A stretch of DNA of 60,624 nt, filler included, from Hausera hauseri (lineage: Eukaryota), in the NCBI GenBank assembly GCA_046269625.1. It is 10 parts of 10 records of this genome, joined end to end, with 100 filler letters (N's around TTAATTAATTAA, not from the genome) between each part and the next. Parts side by side here need not be neighbours in the genome. Positions count along the whole stretch, not along the records: positions 1 to 4,034 come from JBJURY010804976.1; positions 4,135 to 8,755 come from JBJURY010500020.1; positions 8,856 to 13,706 come from JBJURY010414478.1; 7 more parts are not named here. One strand, given 5' to 3'. How positions within the stretch are numbered: position 1 is the first letter of the stretch; each line of letters starts with the position of its first letter. The position numbers were made by a program, and so were the translations under genes. This document shows, one piece after another, positions 1 to 11,800 of this stretch. A model generated the notes under the pieces. It did no database searches. It was given only the letters and a program-made list of their open reading frames with translations, and had not been told where the DNA came from.

Positions 1-45
1 CTAGACTCAGCAGTCGTGCGCATTAACCACCCGGCCACCGCGGAC
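1..45 (-). mobile_element. tRNA-derived SINE head (truncated by window edge)
   Basis: Reverse complement reads ccgcggTGGCCGGGTGGttaatgcgcacgactgc, a Pol III A-box-like tRNA 5' half. No B box is visible. Confidence 0.4.
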
Positions 46-74
46 TATAACGTGTATGGATACATGTTGCTATA

Positions 75-560
75 TTGGTGAATTCGCCTATGTTCCCTTA
101 CAGGCTAGTGTGGATTGGGGTTTCTGTTTATCTAATGTTCAGTTCGCTTTTGATTGAACACCCGGCAAACCTGTAGAACGTGTTCAGTTGTCTGTTCTGT
201 CTGTTTACTTATACAGAGAAGTTAATAATTTTAGTCTATGAAGATGGCGCTGTTCATTCGGATTTGTTCCCGTTCTGAGTCCAAGCAGGATCACTCTCGA
301 TTTAGACTGTACTAGTTGCCTGCTTACTGGCAGCCTTGATAAGCGTTTTCTTTTCATGGATGGTGATGACTTGTTTTTTTTTTTCTATCTTTTTTGGGCC
401 CTTCTTTTGCCAATGTATCTGCTTTTTCATTGCCAGGTAGACCACAGTGCGATGGTATCCATCATAGCATTATTACTCTTCTGTTAGTATTAACTTTGGA
501 AGCGGCATAACGCTGTTGACCAGTTCAGTTGATAATGTCATTTAGTCATACAATTTTTAA
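75..560 (-). mobile_element. RNase H-bearing non-LTR retrotransposon (I/Nimb/Ingi-like), decayed 3' part
   Basis: Minus strand 461-396 translates WIPSHCGLPGNEKADTLAKEG (LINE RNase H motif). It is followed by an LRTG...LHRLKI segment and EQTTEHVLQVC (C-terminal zinc-knuckle remnant). Stops and frameshifts are present. Confidence 0.8.
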
Positions 561-660
561 TGCTGATTGCAAGTCGTTCTTTGGTCTTTTGTTCTTCCTT
601 AGTATATAGTCCTGCTTTTTCATCTTCATTTCAAGATTTCCTTTTTAGTGATGATGTGCT

Positions 661-1042
661 GGGGCGGTGCAGCGGCGTCAGTGGTCTCGAGATAGGGCGT
701 CCGCTTTGAGTGATACAGGTACGGTGTTCAAATCCCAGTGGGAACACTAAGGAATTTTTTCTCCTGGATCTTCTAGTAGAACATTCCCCTGATATCTAGG
801 CATTGAGATCTCCTTGAACATTGTGTTGGACGTTAAAAATGACTTGGCAGCTGGAAATCGAAAAAAGAGTAACGGTCGCTACCCGGGAAACATTCTAAGG
901 AAAAAAAACTATCCAACCTACAGGGTTCTCACAGATGCAACGGCGGACGTGCACCGAGCTGAGATCCTCTAGAATGGAGGAGAAAGGGGAACTTATGGAT
1001 CCCTGTGCGAAGATGTTGACCCTTCGATTAAACTAAACTAAG
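661..1042 (+). mobile_element. Putative tRNA-derived SINE inserted next to the LINE fragment
   Basis: GC-rich head with a B-box-like GTTCAAATCC near 726-735, ending in a short (AAACT)n tail. Confidence 0.5.
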
Positions 1043-1153
1043 TGATGCCGATATGTCGTGTTATCTATGCGTTTGATACTCTGTGTTCCCAATCGATTTT
1101 AAGGTTGCTTTTAGACACCCTGAAACAATTCACCATGATATGAATGTAAACAT

Positions 1154-1277
1154 TGAGTGAGTGAGTGAGTGAGTGAGTGAGTGAGTGAGTGAGTGAGTGA
1201 GTGAGTGAGTGAGTGAGTGAGGGAGGGAGGGAGGGAGCGAGCGAGCGAACGAGCGAGCGAGTGAGCGAGTGAGTGAG
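1154..1277. repeat. (GAGT)n / (GAGG)n / (GAGC)n compound microsatellite
   Basis: Directly visible tetranucleotide array. Confidence 0.95.
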
Positions 1278-1619
1278 TATATGTTGGCAAATTATGAATA
1301 CAGAACTTTGTAAATTTATAGAATGTTTATTGTCATATACAAACGTAAACAAATTGTTACTTTAATTACCATGTCAGTCACAATAAATTAAATGACACCT
1401 GTCAATAAGACATCTTGCACTGCTTCTTATTAACGAGGATAACGAAATCAGTTTTCATGCATGTAACAAATCGAATTCTATTTTCCAGACGACTGATGAT
1501 GTTAACTGTCTGGTTTGCACACTTGAAATTTTTTTTATCATCAAGAATATTTGATGGGACATGTATTTGTTGCTGCAAAATGATAAGGTAATCAGTAAGC
1601 CTCTTATTAATACCGAGAT

Positions 1620-1975
1620 CATCACCATCATATTTGTGTCACGCTGCGAAGCGTAGGTCGTCATTGATCTCCATCTCTCGCGATTCCTGGTGTCACCGAT
1701 CATTTCTACCGTTGATTGACTTCTGAACCATTCACGCAAACCATCCAGACACTTCGTTCTCTGCCGTCAACTACTTCTATTTCCTGGCATTTTGCTCACT
1801 TTGACCAGGTTCTAAAGACGTTTATTCTTAAAACATGGTCAATAATTGTCTCTTTCTGATCTTACTGATGGGCGTTCGTTCTGCATGTGCTTCGTGCAAA
1901 ACATCTTCATTTGTTCTCCGTGCTGTCTATAGAATTTTCAGCATTACGAGAAACCACATCTCTATTGTTTTCAAA
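1620..1975 (-). mobile_element. RTE-clade LINE 3' end
   Basis: Decayed EMWFL..MLKI..TARRTNEDVL...KIRKRQ...LDGLREW...RNRERWRSM, followed by an (ATG)n-like tail. Typical RTE ORF2 C-terminus. Confidence 0.8.
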
Positions 1976-2288
1976 AAAACTTTCAACATGCTGATTTAAT
2001 ATCTAAGATTTGCAGCACTACGTGAGGATGAATTTGATAAAACACTATAGGACTCCCTTTCTTAATGAAATAACAGATCTGTCATGGTCCCCAGCTGAGA
2101 CGTGGATCACTTCTACGAGGCCAAGCATTGCACTAAAGCCTGGAAGACCTCGGTTCACCCTTCTAGACACCACTGGGACAGCATAGATGCTCAATGCAAC
2201 TACTCCTGAGTCCTTCTTAGGACTACAGCCTAAGGTGATGAGGAGATCAAACAACAGCAACAACACCAACAGATCTGTCGCATACGGC

Positions 2289-2392
2289 AGAGCTGCAGAG
2301 TCGGAGTCAGAGTCGAAGAGTCGGAGTCAAATTATTTTTGGTGTTGAGGGAGTCAAACTCAGAGTCAGATGAAATGTTCCGATTCTGATTCT
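2289..2392 (+). mobile_element. hAT-type MITE remnant
   Basis: Starts CAGAGCTGCAGAGTCGGAGTC with subterminal GAGTC(G) repeats and degenerate inverse copies (ccgattctgattc) at the right end. Confidence 0.5.
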
Positions 2393-2709
2393 TAATAGTT
2401 GAAAAGATGGTTAATATCACGACAGATAGCAACATACTCATCAGGATTGACTTTTTTTTTAACAAAACAATCGGCGCCAAAGACGATTATTTCTGTGAAC
2501 ATAGTTGCAGCATTCAGCCGTGGCTAATGAGGATGTGTGTGCTGAATATTTATTCTTTAATGGAATCGCTTTGTTTTAGCATCCAGCAATGTCTGGATTT
2601 GCAGGAAGGCACATCGGTGGAAAGGAAGAAGGTCCTATAAAGTTCAATAATGCTTATACTGTTTTGTCTTGTCTTTGATACACGGTCATCCAGCGTCAGC
2701 TCTTGTTGT

Positions 2710-2835
2710 ACACTGTTTTATGGAAGTTAGTCATGGGAAATGAATAAACAAAAGATAAAAGCATGTAGAGGCTACAGAGATGTTGTTCGTGAAAAGTTTG
2801 ATGAAAATATCATGGACAGAGAAAAAAGTTAAGTA
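2710..2835 (+). mobile_element. RTE LINE ORF2 fragment
   Basis: Decayed YGS*SWEMNK...EATEM..VKSLMKISWTEKK. Confidence 0.65.
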
Positions 2836-3834
2836 ATTCTATTTTGAAAGTAGCTGAAAAGAGAAAAGAAAAAAACGATTCCGATATTAAAAAAAAATAA
2901 TTTCACAACATAGCATGGACAAAAATATCAACATGCTTGATATCGAGCACAAGAGATAGCTAGATGTGGAGAGACATGATCGCCAATGCCATTAGACAGG
3001 GTACTTGAAGATGATGATGAGATCACTGGTGTGGATTCATCTCTATTGCGAGCTCTGCCATTTCTGTCTTTGCTAATAGGTTTCAGTTGTTCTCTGTATG
3101 TAAAAACGAAAGTTTTCAAGCCTACATGGCTTTCTCTGTTGCTTTAAAAGCATAGTCTCGTTTTTCTAGATAAAATAGAGTCATTACTTTAAAATTGTTC
3201 ACACACTGATCAAAAGCCAGTCCTTCCTTTTTTTTTTAACTGCAGGTGAATCTTATATTTGCTTGGATTTAGTCCTGGTACCGCAAATTTAAGCGTGAAA
3301 AAAGGATACGTCATGATGCAACGCAAAGAAGACTTAGCGACGGTATAGGAAAATATTGTAACACTTTACGTAAGATTATTTATCCCTCAGGTTTGGACAA
3401 AAAAAGGGGGAGTGGGGGGGGGGGGGTTAGTATATAGTGCGTGTTTGGGATATGATTTCAGGAGGTACCTAATTGAATAAGTATTTCAGGAGGAGCTTAT
3501 AATTTGTTATATGGGCAATATATTTGATATTTTGCTATATAGGCTATATATTAAGGGGAGATAATCCTCCTCCGCCTGCAGAATGGTAGTAAGACTGTTT
3601 TTCTGCAACGTTAACATTTTTTATGACGTAATTTTTATGTAATTAATTAAAATTTTGTCAAGTTAGGTAGATAACATAGGTGGATAATAAGAAGGGATGA
3701 TGAGATGTGAGTATTATCATATAACTTGCCGTATTTATTGTTAAGGCCGTTAGTGGCCAAGACCTTCCGTCACCTCCATTAAAAAGTATATAGTTAATTA
3801 AGTAATTAAGTATTTGTATAGTTATTTACATAAA

Positions 3835-4034
3835 CAGCATTCCAGAAAATGAAAAACCATATTGTGTACAACAAATCTATCATTAACATTGAGAAAGAGA
3901 GTCCTGCAGTGTTACATTGAACCCATACTGATGTATGGCTGCGAATCTTGGAAATTGAGTAAAAAATTGGAAAATTCTTTAAAGGCAACAGAGATGTGGT
4001 TTCTCAGAAGAATGTTAAAAATCCCTTGGACAGC
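3835..4034 (+). mobile_element. RTE LINE ORF2 fragment, cut by contig end
   Basis: RKRVLQCYIEPILMYGCESW...ATEMWFLRRMLKIPWT is the RTE post-RT signature. Confidence 0.85.
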
Positions 4035-4134
4035 NNNNNNNNNNNNNNNNNNNNNNNNNNNNNNNNNNNNNNNNNNNNTTAATTAATTAANNNNNNNNNN
4101 NNNNNNNNNNNNNNNNNNNNNNNNNNNNNNNNNN
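4035..4134. other. Artificial contig linker (44 N + TTAATTAATTAA + 44 N)
   Basis: Six-frame stop linker. Identical copies at 8756-8855, 13707-13806, 18086-18185, 25456-25555, 32249-32348, 42945-43044, 52500-52599 and 56566-56665. Confidence 0.98.
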
Positions 4135-4174
4135 TTATTTTTTCCCGTTGGCGTGATGCAGCGTCCGCTCTAAG

Positions 4175-4612
4175 CTCGTGGTCGGGCCGGAGACCACCAT
4201 CCGCCACTGCCAGCGAGTCCTCGTCCGGGCCGAGGCGGACGCCAAGCGCGTAGCCGGGAGGCTTGAAGATGGCGGTCACGTGACAGAGGAGGAGAAGACC
4301 AGGCTCCGATACTTCTGCCAGGCCATCATTCTGCTGAGGGCAGTTCAGAGGCCCACCGTGGCAGAAAACCTCACGGTAAGGGGAATACTTTTTTTGCTAG
4401 AGCAGTCGCTCGATTGCCGGGCTAAAGATATGTTGGTCGTTTTCCGGAGGAAGCTCTGGTTTACTCTGTTCTTTTTTTCCCCCCCCACCTAGCTGCTCAC
4501 CTTGAGGACGTTCTTCTGCAAGGCGTCGGCCTGTCTGGGGCAAGCTTGTCAAAGCCGACTGCTTTAGTGGACAATGCTATGGTGCTGGGAGTGAAAGACA
4601 CGTCACTGACCA
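4175..4612 (+). mobile_element. Spliced tyrosine-recombinase-like (Crypton-type) gene fragment
   Basis: GC-rich exon EEKTRLRYFCQAIILLRAVQRPTVAENLT ends at a GTAAG donor (4376). QRPxxxxxLT resembles the first catalytic Arg box of tyrosine recombinases. A second putative exon lies at about 4493-4612. Confidence 0.5.
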
Positions 4613-4689
4613 GGTAATTTTCTGTGGTCTTGTGTTTCATTGATCAGAATGTATGATTGAAAGTTTCCTTTTTTGCATTGAATAAAATA

Positions 4690-4860
4690 CAGTGGACCCT
4701 TGATTTACAAATTTAATTTGTTCTGAAGGACAATGTTCATATGTTCTATTTCTCCCATTATAAACTATGTAAATACTATTAATCCATTCTCTGAACCTTT
4801 TCTAGGGTCATTTTGATGTTAAATGTGACAGAATATAATAAAAACTTAAAAGAAATCATC
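4690..4860 (+). mobile_element. Tigger/pogo-like DNA transposon end
   Basis: TA followed by CAGTGGACCCTTGATTTACAAATTTAATTTGTTC (Tigger-type TIR) and a ttctcccattataaactatgtaaat..attaatccattc internal motif. The other TIR was not found. Confidence 0.6.
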
Positions 4861-6993
4861 CATAATTTTTCGGAAGACGTCATCTACAGTGTCTAACTCA
4901 TCATCACTGATTTCGATGACTTTTTGGTTTCTACAAATATGACACTCGAATCGTTGGAGCCCTGGACCTTTCCATCTGTTCAGTTAAAAAATATGCACAA
5001 ATTTGTGTAATTCTTACCATTTCCCCCAAATAAATGAACAAAGTAGCAACCAAGCATTGTATTTGTGGCAATGTGGTACTGTTGAAGACAGTATTGTAAT
5101 TGCTGCAGAAAATTGTGCAGTTGCCGCAATTATTTTTGTAATTAATTTTTATTCTACGACTAATAGTATCACGTTGTTTAGCAGCATAATAGCTGCAGTA
5201 ATTAATTTTAATTTTTTGCATGGATATATATATATATGTGTGTGTGCGTGTGTGTATTGTGATAAAAATAATAATAAAAATGTCGTATAATAATTCTGAT
5301 TTAGTGGTTATTTTATAATCGCCTTCGTCAATTTCTTCACGATTTGGTTATAATAAAGTATTGCGATGATCATACAGGAAAGGAAAAAGGAATCAATAAC
5401 GATTTTTGACCTGAATTACCAGTGGGTATAATTATTTTGTTCCTTTTTATTCCAATTTTAATTGTTTTTTGGTATGTCTAAAGGCATTACCTGGCCCCCA
5501 AAATCGTCTGTCTGGTAAAATCGTTTTATTGCACCGAGTAATACGTGGACGATTCGGCGAATTGCCACGATTGTTCGGTTGGTTGTAAAAAAATTTGTGA
5601 ACAGGTTGACAAAATCATTTTCGTACTTTTGATAAGTGGGCCTAATTGAATATTTTCATTCCTGTCGGTTGGTGTCAAGATCTCAGGCGGAGAGTATTCC
5701 TCTTTTAACAACAAAAGTTAGATTTGGGAGACAAATAATTGGTTTTTGATTTACATTAATACACGACAACTCTGACCATCAGGGTGCTCCACATTCGCAA
5801 GTTAGTTTAGTACGTGATTGGGGAGTTCCCTTTTTGTCAATTTAGTCGACATCGAATTGTTAAAATTTTGGTAGAACCTGAGGATAACTATTTGAAAATA
5901 CTAAAGGGACAAATAGTATTTATTCCATTAATTCTACAATTAAATGAAATAAAGGAGGAATAAGTGTGAAATAGAACTGAATTAATTGTATAAATTAGCG
6001 TAAACCTTGAAGGTTGTAGTGTTTATTAATAACCTTTAAACCCATCAATATAAGTTGATACAATAATGCGTGATGGCTCAGAAAAAAGCAATAATAATGA
6101 TTACAATTATTATTGATTTTGCATAAAGGAAAATTTGTAATTTGTACAGAAAAGTGGCTCCAGTGAAGAAATCCAAAATAAATGGAACCCAATGAATATG
6201 ACAGAAGACCGGCAATGCACAACTGTGGACAGAATATCCGAATACAACAATCCCAACAAAACGAGTAATTGTAAATCAAAATATCATTTTTACATAGAAA
6301 ATGAACAAGTGCCGCAAACAATTGCATGACCACTGTTGGAACCAGATTGACTAGTTGGGGAATCCGGTCGAACCCCAACGGAAGAGGTATAGGGGGTTGT
6401 ATATAATGTATATAATAATTATATATAATGTATATATGAATGTATGTGTGTTCATGTTGATTGTACTGTGTGCTGGTTGATAAAATAAGGGTTGTTAAAA
6501 GTTAAAATGGTTGAATGTGTGTGCAAAATAATAGTTGAATGATCTCCAGCGGAGTTCTGAGAACTGAGAGACCGGGAACAGCCATAGAAGACTATTGTTC
6601 TATAATTGCATGAAAGGACATGGCAGATCTTCCATATTTATTTGGAAATTGCGATAAAAGTTTATTCCATTCAAGAAAAAAGAAAAATCAAAACGTTTCC
6701 TTAAACGAAAACCGATGCAAAGAAATAAAATCGCAAAAGACGTACCCGCACATACTGCCGTAGACAAAGAAATGGCAATTGTGGATACATACAAATGGTA
6801 ATAAAACACTAGTTTGAGATAGACTGCAAAGGAATAATTTTTCGGCATAAGTGGCAAATGCAACAAAAGCATAAAAGAAATTTCTGGATAAGAGCAAGAA
6901 GTAGTTATATATTTGAAGCACAAAAATAACGCAACTGGAGAATTGAAATACGGCAGCGTTGTCTTTTAGTCGGATTTACAAGAGCAAAATAAT

Positions 6994-7811
6994 TTGCAGT
7001 GTGAACGCGTTTTCATTCATAAAATCTATTCGTCAGTTATTTCATCCGTAATATGGATTATGTATTATGCTATATTAGCCTAACAGACAGTAATAGTCGA
7101 AAATCCAGGATACTGCCAACTTCTCTTTGTTGTTGCAACATTTTTCAGTGTCTCAAATTACTTTTGGGCATTTTCAGAGGGTATCTATTTAACTACAGTG
7201 TTAGTAATGGCTTTGCAACACAACTGCACCGTTCTTGTCTGTTTGTGCATGTTTGCTGAATGGGAATTCTCTCTCTTATTAACGCTTCTCTATGCAATCG
7301 TCCGGTATCACTTAGAGCGTCCAGAAAGATGCTGGAAAATACCAACTCAAATGCAGAAGTTTTTTTAACAATTCCAACAATAATTGCTCTGGCTGCAAAT
7401 CTAATAATTGTTATAATCATTCTTAAAATTCTTGTCACTAAGCTGTGACATCCTGTCAACAGGGAACAAAAGCAATGGAGGAAAACAGCCAGGGCGATTT
7501 TGATTACTTTTCCTGTACTCGGATTGCAGAACGTGCCTTTTTTCATATTATCAGGGGATAAATATGTAGCAAAATTCAGGACTTCATTACGACTTTTCTT
7601 ACCTCATTTCAAGGTATGGTAATGTGCTTCGTACTGTGTTTTGTAACAACGAGGTCAAAAGGAAATATGCGCCAGTCTAAGTAGAAACGACGCCAGATTA
7701 CCGGAATTACCCACTTTTACCCGAAGATCAGTAACGAGGTCACATAACAGTAACGAATTTCATAATATGTCAACAAGACCAACCGATGTCGACCAAATAA
7801 ACTGTGTATAA
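6994..7811 (+). pseudogene. Class B (secretin family; calcitonin/DH31/CRH receptor-like) GPCR, TM2 to C-terminus, intronless and disrupted
   Basis: LQCERVFIHK, YCQLL...SNYFWAFSEGIYL, RCW, ILVTKL*, WRKTARAILITFPVLGLQ, SFQGMV..CF..NNEV. Two stops and several 1-bp frameshifts. Mostly missed by the ORF track. Confidence 0.85.
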
Positions 7812-8047
7812 ATCAGTTTAGTGTGTTTTTTAAAAAAAAATTTATTTAATTTAAAATTGGTTTCAGCCATCATAAGGCTAATTTTGTGAAAGCGTATAAA
7901 TAAATAATATCGACATTCTATATATGAAAAGAATATGCTATAGCAATAGCTATAGTATTAAAGATTGAATTGAAAATTGAAAATTTGGATTTAAAATTTA
8001 ATTTTCATAATTCAAAAGAATTCCTGAAAAGCTTTAATTTCACAAAG

Positions 8048-8716
8048 ATGTTAAAAATCAGCGATTCACAAGAACCAAGATATTTTGAAGATGTTGTTTA
8101 TCCACTTTATAAAAAGCGAAATCAAATGAAGACAATAACAGTGTATCTTCATGTTTTAGACGTATGGACTTCTACAGAAACGAGATATCATCCATTACGA
8201 AAAAAGAGCATTTTGGAGATGGATGATAATCTATTTATGAAAGATATTAAACAGGGAGTGATGATTGTAAACACTGACGTATTTAACAAAATTGAGAAGG
8301 TGTTTATTGAAATTGTGGAAAAATATGTTTATAATAAGTCTATCGTGGACAAATATAATTTTCGTTTAACCTTTCGTATTTATAGACCACTACATATGCA
8401 AAGAAATTGCTTTGATTTAGCTGAACGACGTGTACAACTTGATTCATATTGGAAACCGATTCAAGAACTTCGGTGTGTTAACCAAATTCTATATCTGCAA
8501 AAAGATTACTTTGAGTTGGCTGAACGACGTCTGCAACTTAATTCATATTGGAAACCAATTCAAGAATTTCTTTGTCTTAACCAAATATATCATTGCCCGT
8601 TTCTCTTTTATCTTCACAACGGATCTGATTCACTGTACATATACGATTATTATAATAAAGGAAAAAGTCACATATATAAGAGAATTATGAATCGAAGAAT
8701 GAAAATGTGGGTATAA
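8048..8716 (+). CDS. Orphan ORF with an internal 33-aa tandem duplication
   Basis: Open frame 7970-8716 with first ATG at 8048. Repeat units at about 8399-8497 and 8498-8593 (F[DE]LAERR.QL.SYWKPIQE..C.NQI). TATAAATA upstream near 7895. Confidence 0.55.
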   Translation: MLKISDSQEPRYFEDVVYPLYKKRNQMKTITVYLHVLDVWTSTETRYHPLRKKSILEMDDNLFMKDIKQGVMIVNTDVFNKIEKVFIEIVEKYVYNKSIVDKYNFRLTFRIYRPLHMQRNCFDLAERRVQLDSYWKPIQELRCVNQILYLQKDYFELAERRLQLNSYWKPIQEFLCLNQIYHCPFLFYLHNGSDSLYIYDYYNKGKSHIYKRIMNRRMKMWV

Positions 8717-8899
8717 CAAAAGTGAAATTAAATGGGCCCAGGAGGAAGAAAATGANNNNNNNNNNNNNNNNNNNNNNNNNNNNNNNNNNNNNNNNNNNNT
8801 TAATTAATTAANNNNNNNNNNNNNNNNNNNNNNNNNNNNNNNNNNNNNNNNNNNNATTTATGTGGCAGCTTGAGATATCGGAAGAAACAGAGACAAAAA

Positions 8900-11800
8900 T
8901 TTTCACGGAATACTTAGAAGATGTTCAGTGCTTTGTGAAATCGCAGTGGGGTTACAGCCAAAATCAGCAGAAGTTCTAATGGCTCAAGGACACTTTTCAA
9001 AATTATATGGTCAAAAAGGTCATATATTTGATCGTGCATGAGATCACTTGTCATTCGACAGAAGAATGATCAACCAACAGAGTTCATGAAAGAAGTAAGA
9101 GTTCGTTGTTTTAAGGAACTACCGGAGTTGACATCTGAGGAAAGAGAGTCGAAAACTCACCAGATTTTTATAAATTGCCTGAATGTTGCAGTCTAAAACC
9201 TTGGATAAAGCATTCGATATAATGAAAAATGAATGTGAAACTCAGGAAATTTCGCCGGCCTTAAACGTACTGGCCGAGAATGACGAAATACGCATGCGCA
9301 GAGCCGAAGTCTTAGACATGAACAAACGCATTAGCTCGTTGCGTGAAACTGTAAAAATACTGCAGCGAGAAAAGCAAGTGGGTCAATGGTCATATGATAG
9401 TAAAAAGAATACCCTTATCAGAGAAAAAGGCAGATGCTGGAATTGTGGAAGCAGCAGTCACATTCTGAGGAACTGTAAAAAGTCCCTAGTTTGCAAGAAA
9501 TGCAACAAGGGGCATATAGAGAAATTTTGTCAAAAAGAAAAACGTAAATCAGTTCACATGGTCGAGTCTGCTAGTCTATCAAGAAATGAAAGTGAAACAG
9601 ATACGAGAGCATCGAAAAAATCTTATTAGGCACAGGAGCCAAAGTAAAGAAGGTTGAAAGGCTCAAATAACACGTTAAAAACCCGATAGTCGTCCAGAGA
9701 AAACAAGGGCGCTGATGGATTTACAGTGCCCGTACGAGCAGAAGTGTCCCTGATGGCTGAATTAGGTGCAAAGTCGAAAACTTGTAACTTATTAGTTGTG
9801 GATGGTCTGAACCTTTGTATAATTGTTGGGATTCAAGGTTGAAAAGTCTTGGGCTTAATATCGATCTCGATAACAATGGCGTTAATAGTAGAGCAATTTT
9901 TGTTCCCTTTGTGTCTAAGGTGAATACAGACACAACAGTCCCAACGAATCAGTTAAACTAAAAGGACACTGTTTGAGGAGTCGAAAGCGGTATGTGCCCT
10001 GCGAGACTCAGACTGTAGCAGCTGCAGTTACACACGAATCGACTGAAATTGACTGTATTTTATCCTAATTTCAATTCGTGGATGATAGCAATAGGGATGA
10101 TATTACTAGCTTAGTGAAAGAATTCAGAGATGTATTTAGTTTGTCTAAGTATGATATAGGATTGGCATGAAACGTTGAACATAAAATAGAGCTTAAAGAT
10201 AATAGCCCAATACAGGAACAGGTAAGGAGAATCCATATGACACTCCAAGAATAAGTCGATGATTGTGTTGAATAGTTGCTACAGAAAAATATTATTCAAC
10301 CAAGTGTATCATAGTGGAACGCTCCTGTGGTTATTGTGCCGAAGAAGGACGGAGACATTTGACATACAATGGATTATAGGAGATAAAATCAAAAGACAAA
10401 AGTGCCTTCATTTCCTATTCCGGATACATAGCAAGGTTTTTATGCCTTAGGAGGATCGAAACACTTCAGCACAATTTATCTGATGTAGTCAGATACTATA
10501 ATATACGTCTTGTAGATTGTGACAGAGACAAAATAGCTTGTAGTTCGAGAAAAAGACATTGGGAGTTTTGGAGATTGCCAATGGACGTGGCAGCTGCGCC
10601 AACAACTTTCCAGGGAGTTATGAAAACGATATTGAAGGCAAAAGACAGGAAGGAATGTTTAATATATTTGGAGGATATCTTAGTTTTTTGAAAGATAAAG
10701 GAGGAACATCCTACCAGACTGCAAAATGTGTTAACCAAAATCAAAGAAGCTGACTTAAGAATTGCACCAACAAAGTGCCATTTCTTTGCAAATGATGTAA
10801 TGTACCTAGACCATAAAGTGTCAGCCAGTGGAATTTCAACGGATGAGGATAAAATCAGATGCATCCAAGATTGGCCATAGCCAGTCTCAGGAAGATATGA
10901 GGAAATTTCTTTGACTTTGCGGATAGTACCAAAGTTACATCAAAGATTACACCAAAATTGTTGCGCCAATGGAAGAGCCATGTAAAGACATTTGGAATAA
11001 AATAAAGACTAGAAAAATGCACCCGTTGCAATGGCCAGATTATATGATCAACGCTTTCCTTTGTTTAAAACGATGTTTAGCAATATCTCCTATTTTGTCA
11101 GTTCCAGTAGCCATGACTATTTTATTTTGGATACGGATGCATGCGATAATACCATTGAATGCAAAGTGAAGGTGAAAGAGTAATTGCTTACGCTTCATAT
11201 AAATTGTCAACAGCAGAACAACATTATTATGTGACAAGAAAAGTGTTTCTAAGTGTCTATAAATATACAAAATATTTAGACACTACTTATGTGGAAGAAG
11301 ATTTGTCATAAGACAGATCACAAGGCTCTATGCTGGATGATGAATATGAAAACACTGAGTACACGCCAATTTAATTCAAGGTTCGATGAGTTAAGTGTTT
11401 TCGATATGGATATCGAATACAGGAAAGGAGAAGAACGTAAGAATGCAGATGTTCTATCCCGAGCTCCAGAACAATGTCAGCAATGTGCAATGAACCACGA
11501 ATATCCTAAGGCAAAACGAAATGTGAAATACTACAATGAAAATCAAAATGATAAAAAATCGTTGTCTATTGTCATCGTATAGTAATATAATTAGAGAACG
11601 TCTGTCATGATAATCTTGCGCTCATAATCAAACTAATGAAAAACAAAAACATTGAAGATCAGTATCCAGGAGAACTCCAGAATATAGACAGAGAAGCCCA
11701 GACGCTATGGCGAAATCGGAAGGACTTGTGATTTAGAGGAGATCGGCTGCATATTATTCGTTCTGGAGACTCTAAACTTCTATTTCCAAAAATAGGAGGT

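Noticed and set aside
661-740. Functional tRNA gene
   Set aside because: Has a B-box-like motif but no convincing cloverleaf, and continues into a SINE-like body and tail.
1065-1352. 95-aa ORF with THSL repeats
   Set aside because: Translation of the (GAGT)n microsatellite.
7611-7620. Intron donor at AAG/GTATGG in the GPCR
   Set aside because: The sequence continues as SFQGMV..CF..NNEV, so it is coding.
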